In this document: positions 56,674 to 64,000 of the stretch, in pieces
How positions within the stretch are numbered: the stretch's first letter is position 1
How the letters are laid out: each line of letters starts with the position of its first letter
Source: Candidatus Latescibacterota bacterium
Lineage (GTDB): Bacteria; Latescibacterota; UBA2968; GCA-2709665
Length of the DNA stretch: 64,000 nucleotides
Assembly: GCA_965219995.1 (NCBI GenBank)
Contig: CBDCOX010000002.1
Coordinates: 3,072,001-3,136,000, forward strand
Direction: 5' to 3'
Made by a program: the position numbers and the translations under genes
The notes under the pieces: model-generated
What the model was told of the DNA's origin: nothing
The model's input: the letters and a program-made list of their open reading frames with translations, nothing else
Database searches by the model: none

Positions 56674-58152
56674 TTACTTGAGCAGCAGCATCTTCTGGGA
56701 CAGCGTGGACGTTCCGGCGTCGACCTTGGCGATGTAGACACCGCTCGCAACGCCGCGTCCCTGGTTGTCCCTGGCGTCCCACTGGATCGAGTAGCGACCC
56801 GCGGAGGTGACCTGGGAAACCAGATGCCGCACCTGCTGGCCCAGCACGTCGTAGATCACGACGGTAACCGGCCCCGCTTCGGGCAGGTCGTAGGAAATCG
56901 TGGTGCTCGGGTTGAAGGGGTTCGGATACACGTTGACCGCAAACTCCGTGGGCAACGGCATCCGGGCGCCCAGCAGCACCTCGATCACGTTCGACTGCGC
57001 GATCGAGCCGTCCAGGTCCACCTGCTCGAGCCGGTAGTACACCTTGTCCACGCCCGGCAGGTCCTTGTCTTCAAAGCTGTAATTCATCAGGGCGTCCGAG
57101 GTTCCCGCGCCCTGCACGAAGTTGCCGACCGCCTCGAAATTTTCGCCGTCCACGCTGCGGGTGATCCGCCAGCCCGCGTTGTTCGTCTGCGAGACCGTGG
57201 ACCAGTTCAAAACCACGCGGTCCGTCTGCAGCGCGCCGTCGAAGGAGGCCAGTTCGGCCGGGTTCAACTGCGTGAAGGTAAACGTTGCCGGCGCCGTATC
57301 GTCGCCGTTCACGGTGGCTTTCACGGTCACCTGCAGGCTTCCGCCCGTGACTTTCAGGACGATCTTGTCGGCCGAGACCATCATATGGTCATCGAGCTCC
57401 AACATCATCCCGTCCACGTCCAGAACGCTCAAGGAGCCGTCGCCCGTTGTGGTGACGGTGTAGGAAATGGTCGCATCGTCCGGGAGGTTGTCCAGCCCGA
57501 CGGTCACGGATGCGCTGCCGCCCATGGCGGGAATCTGAACCATATTCCCGGCCATCAGATCATCGCCCATGCCCATGATGGTAGGGCCCTTGGGCGCCTC
57601 TACCGTTATGATGGCTTCGGACACGTCCAGGCTGTCCTGCTCAAAGCTCGCCGTGCCGATGATGGCGTGCTTGGCGTAGAAGGACGCGCCGTCCGCGATA
57701 TCGGCCTTGGCCATGATCTTCACGGTGGCAAAGTAGCCATTGTCCCCGATTGTGACAGGCGTAAGCCCGCCCAGCGTGAACGAGTCGTCCTGAATGCCGC
57801 CCGCGCCGAGTACGGAAACGATGCCGTCGACACCGATGACCTGCCAAGAGTCGTCGAACATCATGTCCATATTGCTGTCGGAGAATTTGACGGTGCCGCC
57901 AATGATGGCGTTGCCGCCGCCTTCTTCAATAAACAGTTCCACTTTGATCGTGTCGCCCGCCATGGACATCGAAGGCGCGATGGTATTCACGCCCTCGTTG
58001 ACCTTGTCGTCGTTGTCTTCAACCATATTGAACACGGTATCGACCAGCAGCTTCTTGTCCTTCAGGGCGCCCGCATCGACGCCACCGACGATGACGGCCA
58101 CAAGAAAAGCGGCAACCGTAACAAAGCCCAAAATCGGTTTAACTCTATACAT
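56674..58152 (-). CDS. Secreted Met-rich protein with a cohesin-like domain and C-terminal FlgD-Ig/T9SS-like sorting domain
   Basis: AGGAGAGG RBS before ATG 58152; signal peptide; YPNPFNPSTTISYDLP...WDARDNQGRGVASGVY...KMLLLK. Confidence 0.8.
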   Translation of the reverse strand: MYRVKPILGFVTVAAFLVAVIVGGVDAGALKDKKLLVDTVFNMVEDNDDKVNEGVNTIAPSMSMAGDTIKVELFIEEGGGNAIIGGTVKFSDSNMDMMFDDSWQVIGVDGIVSVLGAGGIQDDSFTLGGLTPVTIGDNGYFATVKIMAKADIADGASFYAKHAIIGTASFEQDSLDVSEAIITVEAPKGPTIMGMGDDLMAGNMVQIPAMGGSASVTVGLDNLPDDATISYTVTTTGDGSLSVLDVDGMMLELDDHMMVSADKIVLKVTGGSLQVTVKATVNGDDTAPATFTFTQLNPAELASFDGALQTDRVVLNWSTVSQTNNAGWRITRSVDGENFEAVGNFVQGAGTSDALMNYSFEDKDLPGVDKVYYRLEQVDLDGSIAQSNVIEVLLGARMPLPTEFAVNVYPNPFNPSTTISYDLPEAGPVTVVIYDVLGQQVRHLVSQVTSAGRYSIQWDARDNQGRGVASGVYIAKVDAGTSTLSQKMLLLK

Positions 58153-58227
58153 CTCGCCTCTCCTTCTCGGTGTGTGGTGTGTTTCGCTCCAGAATTCCAT
58201 GCTCGCTCCAGTAACGAAAACTTAAAT

Positions 58228-58256
58228 ATGGGAGGCTCCCGGAGGAACCTCCCATA
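58228..58256 (-). terminator. Intergenic hairpin (terminator or attenuator) between the two surface-protein genes
   Basis: TATGGGAGG...CCTCCCATA stem followed on the minus strand by a T-rich tract. Confidence 0.55.
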
Positions 58257-58267
58257 CGCTTCCTGCA

Positions 58268-61200
58268 TTACTTGAGCAACATCAACCGCTTGGCATCCTG
58301 GAACTTACCGGCAACCGAGACCTGATAGAAGTAAATTCCACTCGAAACCGATACTCCGCGGTCGTCCATTCCGCTCCACTGCACCGTGTACCGTCCGGGC
58401 GCCTGGCGCTCGCGCACCAGCGTCCGAACCTCCTGGCCCAGCAGGTTGTAGATGCGAAGCACCACGTCCCCGCCTTCAGCCAGGTCGTACGGAATGTTGG
58501 TCTGCGGGTTGAACGGGTTCGGGAAGTTCTGATGCAGCGCGAACTCGGTGGGTGTGCTCTGCACGTCCAGCGCGCCCAGCGTCACCACCGGGTTCTGCAG
58601 CTTGTCGGGATCGAACACCACGCCCTGCGCGATCTCAAACCGGGCGTTGTCCTCGAACTCCCTCAGAACCTTGAACGTGAAGGTCACCAACTCACCTCCG
58701 CCGCTCACGGAACCCGACTCGACAATGGCGTTGACCACCGAGACCCGGCCCTCTTCCGGCCAGTTCTTGAACAGCGGCGTCTCGCCACCTTCGGACTGCA
58801 GGAGATCGTTGTCGGCAGGCGCGGCGCTGACGAATTCGAACTTGTCGGCGTCATACACCAGTTCCAGACCGAAGCCGTTCAACTGCCTGGCGTTGGCCAT
58901 GGAAACCGTCAACGTAACCGTCTCGCCAACCAGCACCTTGTCGCTGGTCAGTTCGAGGGTCATCTCCGTATCGGCGTTCACGCCCGGACGCTGCGGAACC
59001 ACCGCCAGCTTGCTGCCTGCCGGCACCACCGCCGTGCGGCCGAACGACGCTGCGGCCGTTACGTAGTCGGAAAAGTCCACCGTGCCGTCGTCATCGACGT
59101 CGGCCTGCGGATTGTAGTTGGCATCGCCCTTCTGGCTGTTGAAGGCTGCCGCGAAGGCGACAAAGTCTTCGAAGTCCACCTCGAGGTTTCCGCCCTGCGA
59201 CGGAAGCACCATAAGGTAGACGGGATCGCCGTTGGCGTCCACGAAGGACAGCCGGATCGCGATGTCCGCGACCGTGATCAGGTCGCTCATCGCCACGTTG
59301 TTGTCGTCATACGCGTCGATCCGGTAGACCAGCGTGGTGACGCCGTCAGGCAGGTCGTCGTCGGTGAACTGGGTGGAACCCGGGGCGAGCGAAGCAACCT
59401 TCTCGAGGTCGTCGGCAGACGTGCCTCGCTGCACCGCGTAGCCCTTCACACCCATGATTGGAATGTTATAGCCGCGATACGGAATGGAGCCTACCACGCC
59501 GTCGTTGGCCGAAGCCGTCCAGCGCAGCACCACACCGCCGGCGCCATCGCCGGAAGCGTCGGTAACCGCGGCCGGAGCGATGTTGTCAACGGCTGCAACC
59601 GGCTCCTCCGTGACCGTGCGAGCGGACGACAGGAAACTGCCCGCGTGGGCCGTCCGGATGTTCGACGGAACCGCCGCGCTGCCGATCAGTGCGCTCAGGT
59701 CCGGATTCACCGGCGCGAAGACCACACCCTTCTGATCGCCGATGAGGGACTTGACGTAGTCTTCAGGCGCGTTGAACTGATTGCTCAGCTCTTCGTCCGT
59801 CAGAAGCTCCGCCTCGGGCGCCATACCCAGCAACTGCAGCGTCTGCTGGATGCTCTCCTTCGTGAACACGCGCTTGCTGGCCGTGGTCTGCTCGGATTCG
59901 CCGGCGGCGGTGACCGCCGTCACGCCCCAATTGGTGGCTACGTTGTCGATCGCGGGAACGATCACGGTCTGCATGTCGCCTTCCGCGTCGCCCATGTTGT
60001 CACCCGCGTCCGCCTCGAAGCTGACACTCGTCCAGGCGACCCACTTCTTCACGGGCTCTTCGAGCTCGATCACGTTACCTTCGTCATCCATACCCGTGGT
60101 CGAGTCGATTTCCCGGGAAATCTGGTAGGCCGACACGGCTTCGTGCTGCGACGAGTTCGGGAAGCTGACGACCACGACACCGCCCTGGTCGCCCTCTCCG
60201 TCCGCGCCCATGTAATCCTGCACAACCACGTTCGCTACCGCGGCAGGCGCGCCCGGATCCGGTCCGTCGCCGTCTTCGGATACGATGTTGACGGTTACGG
60301 CGCCCGTGACGGCTGCTGTCTTGTCGTCATCGGTGCCCTGTGCAGCGCCGGTTGTGTATGTATCAACCGACCTGACGCTGATCGACGCCGTGCCGCCGGC
60401 GTCGCTGGCCACCGCGCCGTACGTGGACCCGTCGGTGCTGGTCACCATCTGCTGACCGGACGGCACCGAAACGGCGGCGTTGCTCGAAGCGAAGGTGAAT
60501 GCAACCGACGTGTACGTCTTCGCCCCAGCGGCATTCTCGATCTTCAAACTGGGGTTGCCGAAGGCGTCGGCCGGCGCCACGTGGACCGAAAAGGCCCCTG
60601 CGACGTTGTCCGTTGAGATCTCACCCTCGATCGCCGTAACGTTGAACTTCGAAAACTCCGCGACCTCGATGTTGATCGCCTTGGCCGCCTGCCCGCTGAT
60701 ACGCAGCGTGTAGGCGCCGGTGGACGGGTCGATACTGCCCTCGGCCGCCATCACGGTGATTCCCGTCAACGGCTTCGTCGATTTGAACTTGACGGTGCGG
60801 CTGCCCGCGTGCCAGCCGTCGCCGTCCAGAATGGCGGCCTTCGCCACCATGCCAGCGGCGGCCAACTCGGCCGGAAGCGCGAACGTGGGCGCCGGAGCCA
60901 CGCCGGTGCCGCTGAAGGTCACGCCTTCGAGCGCGCCGGCCTGAGAGCCGGAAACGATTACGGCCACTGCCGACGGCGTGTGATAGGTTACCGCCCGAAC
61001 GTCGCCGGCGGCGCTATCCTGTTCCTTTTCCATACGCGTCAGCGTTGTATCGATGACCGTCATCGCCAGCGAGACGTCTACGCCGGCAACCTGCTTCTCG
61101 TCCGGCGTCGCCGCAATCTTGAACAAATCGGCGTCCGGATTCGTAAACACGTCTTTGAACGTGAGCGTACCGCCATCCGTCACGCTGGCGTTGCTCGCGA

Positions 61201-63232
61201 GGTCGATCGCCAGAATCTCCAGATTGTACCTCTGGCGGTCGATGAAGGTGGTATCGTTTACCGGCCAACTGACCAGGCTGCCCACCGTCTCCAGCCGGGC
61301 GTTACCCGGGCCGTAGGCCTGCACGATGGTCGCTCCGCCGCCCGCCTCATGATAGCGGATGGACAGCGAATCCAACTCTTCGTTGATCTGGAAGGCCGGG
61401 TTCTTGGTGACCGGGCCGATGGTGGGCGCGTCCTCGTTGTCCGCGTCCTTGGGCGCCGTATCGTCCGAGGGGAACAGATTGGAGAGCCCCGGAGTATTCC
61501 CGTCCAGTGTGATGCCCGTGAGCCCTTTATACTCGGTCTTGTTGCCCAGGCTGTCCCAAGCGGTGATGATGATATCCCCGACCGTTCCGCCCTTGGCTTC
61601 GTACTTCCCTTTCGCGATACCCGCCACGGCGCCGGTTTCGGTGTTTACCGTCCACCACGGGGCCGTATCGGGGGTATCGTTGAGGAAGTCCACCGTGGCC
61701 ACGCCATCGCCGCCGGTGGGGTCCGCGGCCACGATCGCCGGAGTCGCCGTGTCATCCGCTGCGATGGGATTGAGCGTCAGCGTACTGTCGGCGTGCTTGA
61801 TCGTGATCTTGCTCACCCCTTCGCTGAGTTTGAACTCGAGCGGTCTCAGCCGGCGGTTGGTCTGTACCGCGGGCTCACCCGGCAACTGGGTATAAATGCC
61901 GTCAAGCGACTGCGTGATTGCCGCGGTGATCAGAGGTTTATGATTCTCCGATCCGGCCGCAATACTGTCCGGATGCGGATGATTTATCGTAATCTTGGGC
62001 GCGGTCGCGTCCCCGATAATCGGAATATCCGTGTTGGTTCCCGCCGCGGCCACAGTTGTCAGATCTGATAAAGCAGCTACGAGCGAGTCGGCGCCGCCGT
62101 GGAGGGTTCTCCAATTGGCAGCGGAGGGCCCTGTGGCATCACCGCCGACGTTACCGGCGACGTCCACGAGATAGGCGTAGAGCTCGAGACGCTCATTGTC
62201 CTTGATCTGCCCCGCGTCAATCTTATCCTCAACGCTCGGATTCGGGCTGTACAGCCTGTCCCCACGGAGCGTGACCTTTACCCGCGCGTCCTCCTCGAAA
62301 GCTTTCGCGCGCGCCGGTTCAGTTTCCAAAGCGAGGCCAGGAGGATCGGTCGTTGTATCATCCGAATCATAGCGCGCAATCGAGTCGGCGGGTACGAGAC
62401 CGACTTCGATCCTGTCCGCCCTGGCGCTCAGGATCGCGGAGGTATTCAGACCCAACACCGCTCTGAACACCTGGTCGGTGGTAATCTGGATCTCCCGGAC
62501 GTAGGGCTGCTGGTCGGTGCCTGTGAGCCCGGTGGCCGACGTATCGACCAGGACGGCTTCCAACCTGCCCAGGTCCAGATCGATTTCCGTAAATACATTT
62601 GCATGAAGCGGGCGAACGCTGTCGATGCCAAACAACCGTCCGAGACCCACGCGGCTGGCGCCGAAGCCGGCCGTGGCGGGCGTGATCTTCTTGTCGGTCA
62701 TCAGGTTGTTCAGCGCGCCACCCGGATCGGTGTCGGGTTGTGTGTCGACGACGATCTTTACCGAGTGGTTATTGTCGGTCTCAATCGCATCATCCTGTTC
62801 CACGGTAATTGAAACCGTAAACGTATCGACGCCCGAGCCCAACCCCTTGGTAACGGTAAGCTCACCGGCAGGAGTTCGTGAGGCGGCGCTGACTAGGCGC
62901 TCATCCGCGTCCGTCGTAGCATCATCGACATCCGTTTGTGTCGTGGTGTTGGGGACGGTTACAGTATAATGTGCCGCCGTCGCCGTCGCCGGATCGTCTG
63001 CGAGCGAAGAGTCCTTGACGATAATCTCGAAACCAGCGTCGAGACGCTGATCGTAACTCAGGATCCGAAAGACAATTTTGTCGCCAATTTTGGCCCACGA
63101 GTTGGCGGCAGGTTTGTCAACACGAATGAAAACACCCTGCGTGGCGGCGACTTCCTGGGCCGAGGCCACGCCAACCACTCCGAAAACCAGCAGAAACGCC
63201 AAACCAATGCTTGAAACCGTTTTTAACTGCAT
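58268..63232 (-). CDS. Large acidic surface (S-layer-like) protein with dockerin-like EF hands, a cohesin domain and a FlgD-Ig/T9SS-like C-terminal domain
   Basis: AAGGAGG RBS, signal peptide; VDFEDFVAFAAAF..ADVDDDGTVDFSDY; cohesin-like GETVTLTVS..NGFGLELVYDADKFEFV..GELVTFTFKV; NFPNPFNP..KRLMLLK. Confidence 0.85.
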   Translation of the reverse strand: MQLKTVSSIGLAFLLVFGVVGVASAQEVAATQGVFIRVDKPAANSWAKIGDKIVFRILSYDQRLDAGFEIIVKDSSLADDPATATAAHYTVTVPNTTTQTDVDDATTDADERLVSAASRTPAGELTVTKGLGSGVDTFTVSITVEQDDAIETDNNHSVKIVVDTQPDTDPGGALNNLMTDKKITPATAGFGASRVGLGRLFGIDSVRPLHANVFTEIDLDLGRLEAVLVDTSATGLTGTDQQPYVREIQITTDQVFRAVLGLNTSAILSARADRIEVGLVPADSIARYDSDDTTTDPPGLALETEPARAKAFEEDARVKVTLRGDRLYSPNPSVEDKIDAGQIKDNERLELYAYLVDVAGNVGGDATGPSAANWRTLHGGADSLVAALSDLTTVAAAGTNTDIPIIGDATAPKITINHPHPDSIAAGSENHKPLITAAITQSLDGIYTQLPGEPAVQTNRRLRPLEFKLSEGVSKITIKHADSTLTLNPIAADDTATPAIVAADPTGGDGVATVDFLNDTPDTAPWWTVNTETGAVAGIAKGKYEAKGGTVGDIIITAWDSLGNKTEYKGLTGITLDGNTPGLSNLFPSDDTAPKDADNEDAPTIGPVTKNPAFQINEELDSLSIRYHEAGGGATIVQAYGPGNARLETVGSLVSWPVNDTTFIDRQRYNLEILAIDLASNASVTDGGTLTFKDVFTNPDADLFKIAATPDEKQVAGVDVSLAMTVIDTTLTRMEKEQDSAAGDVRAVTYHTPSAVAVIVSGSQAGALEGVTFSGTGVAPAPTFALPAELAAAGMVAKAAILDGDGWHAGSRTVKFKSTKPLTGITVMAAEGSIDPSTGAYTLRISGQAAKAINIEVAEFSKFNVTAIEGEISTDNVAGAFSVHVAPADAFGNPSLKIENAAGAKTYTSVAFTFASSNAAVSVPSGQQMVTSTDGSTYGAVASDAGGTASISVRSVDTYTTGAAQGTDDDKTAAVTGAVTVNIVSEDGDGPDPGAPAAVANVVVQDYMGADGEGDQGGVVVVSFPNSSQHEAVSAYQISREIDSTTGMDDEGNVIELEEPVKKWVAWTSVSFEADAGDNMGDAEGDMQTVIVPAIDNVATNWGVTAVTAAGESEQTTASKRVFTKESIQQTLQLLGMAPEAELLTDEELSNQFNAPEDYVKSLIGDQKGVVFAPVNPDLSALIGSAAVPSNIRTAHAGSFLSSARTVTEEPVAAVDNIAPAAVTDASGDGAGGVVLRWTASANDGVVGSIPYRGYNIPIMGVKGYAVQRGTSADDLEKVASLAPGSTQFTDDDLPDGVTTLVYRIDAYDDNNVAMSDLITVADIAIRLSFVDANGDPVYLMVLPSQGGNLEVDFEDFVAFAAAFNSQKGDANYNPQADVDDDGTVDFSDYVTAAASFGRTAVVPAGSKLAVVPQRPGVNADTEMTLELTSDKVLVGETVTLTVSMANARQLNGFGLELVYDADKFEFVSAAPADNDLLQSEGGETPLFKNWPEEGRVSVVNAIVESGSVSGGGELVTFTFKVLREFEDNARFEIAQGVVFDPDKLQNPVVTLGALDVQSTPTEFALHQNFPNPFNPQTNIPYDLAEGGDVVLRIYNLLGQEVRTLVRERQAPGRYTVQWSGMDDRGVSVSSGIYFYQVSVAGKFQDAKRLMLLK

Positions 63233-63662
63233 TACCAACCTCCTTGTGAAACAGGACGCTTCGTAAAACCTGCGGTAAACCTCCCTTGCTGCGCCTTGAA
63301 GCCACTTCTTGAACCCCGGTATGACCCCCGGCGGGGGGTGCCGGTAATCGGAAGTGATGTGGAATTTAGCTGTAATGGCGTTCCTCCCTTCGTTTGGAAA
63401 ATTCTAAAGTTCCTGGCCTGCAACGATCTGGTGTGACTATCGACATAAGGTTGAACCTTTATAGGTGCTCGGTCCTGTTACACCTCCTTTTAAATGCACG
63501 AAAGCCACCCCCTCGTCTCCCGCCTTCAAGAGATAGCATAATTGATTCGTCATAACTGTGTGTTGAGGTTCCAACAACCCGGTTCCGATAGTCGATGAAA
63601 ACAGCCGTGAATTCGGCTGATTTCGCTGTTTACGCACGCATTATTCCGCAAACAGGTTCCTA

Positions 63663-63691
63663 AGTATACGCAACACTAAACTGGCTGTCAA
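63663..63691 (-). promoter_or_regulatory. Near-consensus sigma70 promoter TTGACA-N17-TATACT for the surface-protein gene
   Basis: Minus-strand -35 at 63691-63686 and -10 at 63668-63663, with an A-rich UP-like tract upstream. Confidence 0.8.
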
Positions 63692-63828
63692 GTGTTTTTT
63701 GTACTTTATTCGTCACGTAAAATTCAGAACGCCGAATGGCTCCAAACCCCTGTAAATTACGGCGCTTTGGCGCCCCGTGCAACCACAATATGAAGGGCCC
63801 TGTCTATTGCGTACCACAATACCCTGTT

Positions 63829-64000
63829 TCAGCGCATCTGATGTTCGAGGCGCTGGATTTCGTCGCGCAGGCTGGCCGCCTCTTCGTACTGTTCCCGGGC
63901 CACGGCCTCCTTCAATTCCGCCTTGAGGGCGGTCACACGATCCGAGATTCCGCCTTCGACCTGCTCGACTTCCACGTCCAAAGAGGCATTGATGGGCAGC
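63829..64000 (-). CDS. C-terminal fragment of a UVR (UvrB/C motif) domain protein, possibly a DUF151 bifunctional nuclease
   Basis: Manual translation ...ALKAELKEAVAREQYEEAASLRDEIQRLEHQMR*; truncated by the window edge. Confidence 0.7.
   Translation of the reverse strand, partial: LPINASLDVEVEQVEGGISDRVTALKAELKEAVAREQYEEAASLRDEIQRLEHQMR

Overview
High-GC bacterial genomic window. Gene content (UBact-type proteasome operon, FlgD/T9SS-like C-terminal sorting domains, cohesin and dockerin-like EF-hand modules) suggests a Gram-negative FCB-group candidate phylum such as Latescibacterota/Handelsmanbacteria; this assignment is inference only. About 42 CDS are supported. From left to right: an M20 hydrolase; a GCS2 ligase-MscS-split mgtE cluster; TauE/TIGR02186/LolA genes; a TPP enzyme, PIG-L deacetylase and AGCS transporter; UPF0182; a beta-oxidation operon; trmH and pncA-like genes; a tandem-YjbQ protein; secreted msrAB; an SPL-like radical SAM gene behind a promoter with a candidate SOS box; a lower-GC defence island (Type II R-M pair, NACHT/STAND ATPase with C-terminal nuclease, AAA_14-DUF4143 ATPase); a complete mpa-dop-ubact-prcB-prcA-pafA locus; a dockerin-tagged metallopeptidase; msrP with a 16-Glu linker; a duplicated GxxxG protein with an internal ribosome-binding site; Uma2; and two large surface proteins. 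The most striking unexplained structure is a modular intergenic element present at 8 loci. It has heptamer-built inverted arms around two related hairpin cores, sits almost always in one chromosomal orientation, and usually abuts or supplies stop codons. Other strong candidates for undescribed systems are a non-cellulosomal cohesin-dockerin surface lattice, the C-terminal-nuclease NACHT operon, and the long/short GxxxG protein pair. No rRNA, tRNA, CRISPR array, transposase or integrase was recognised.
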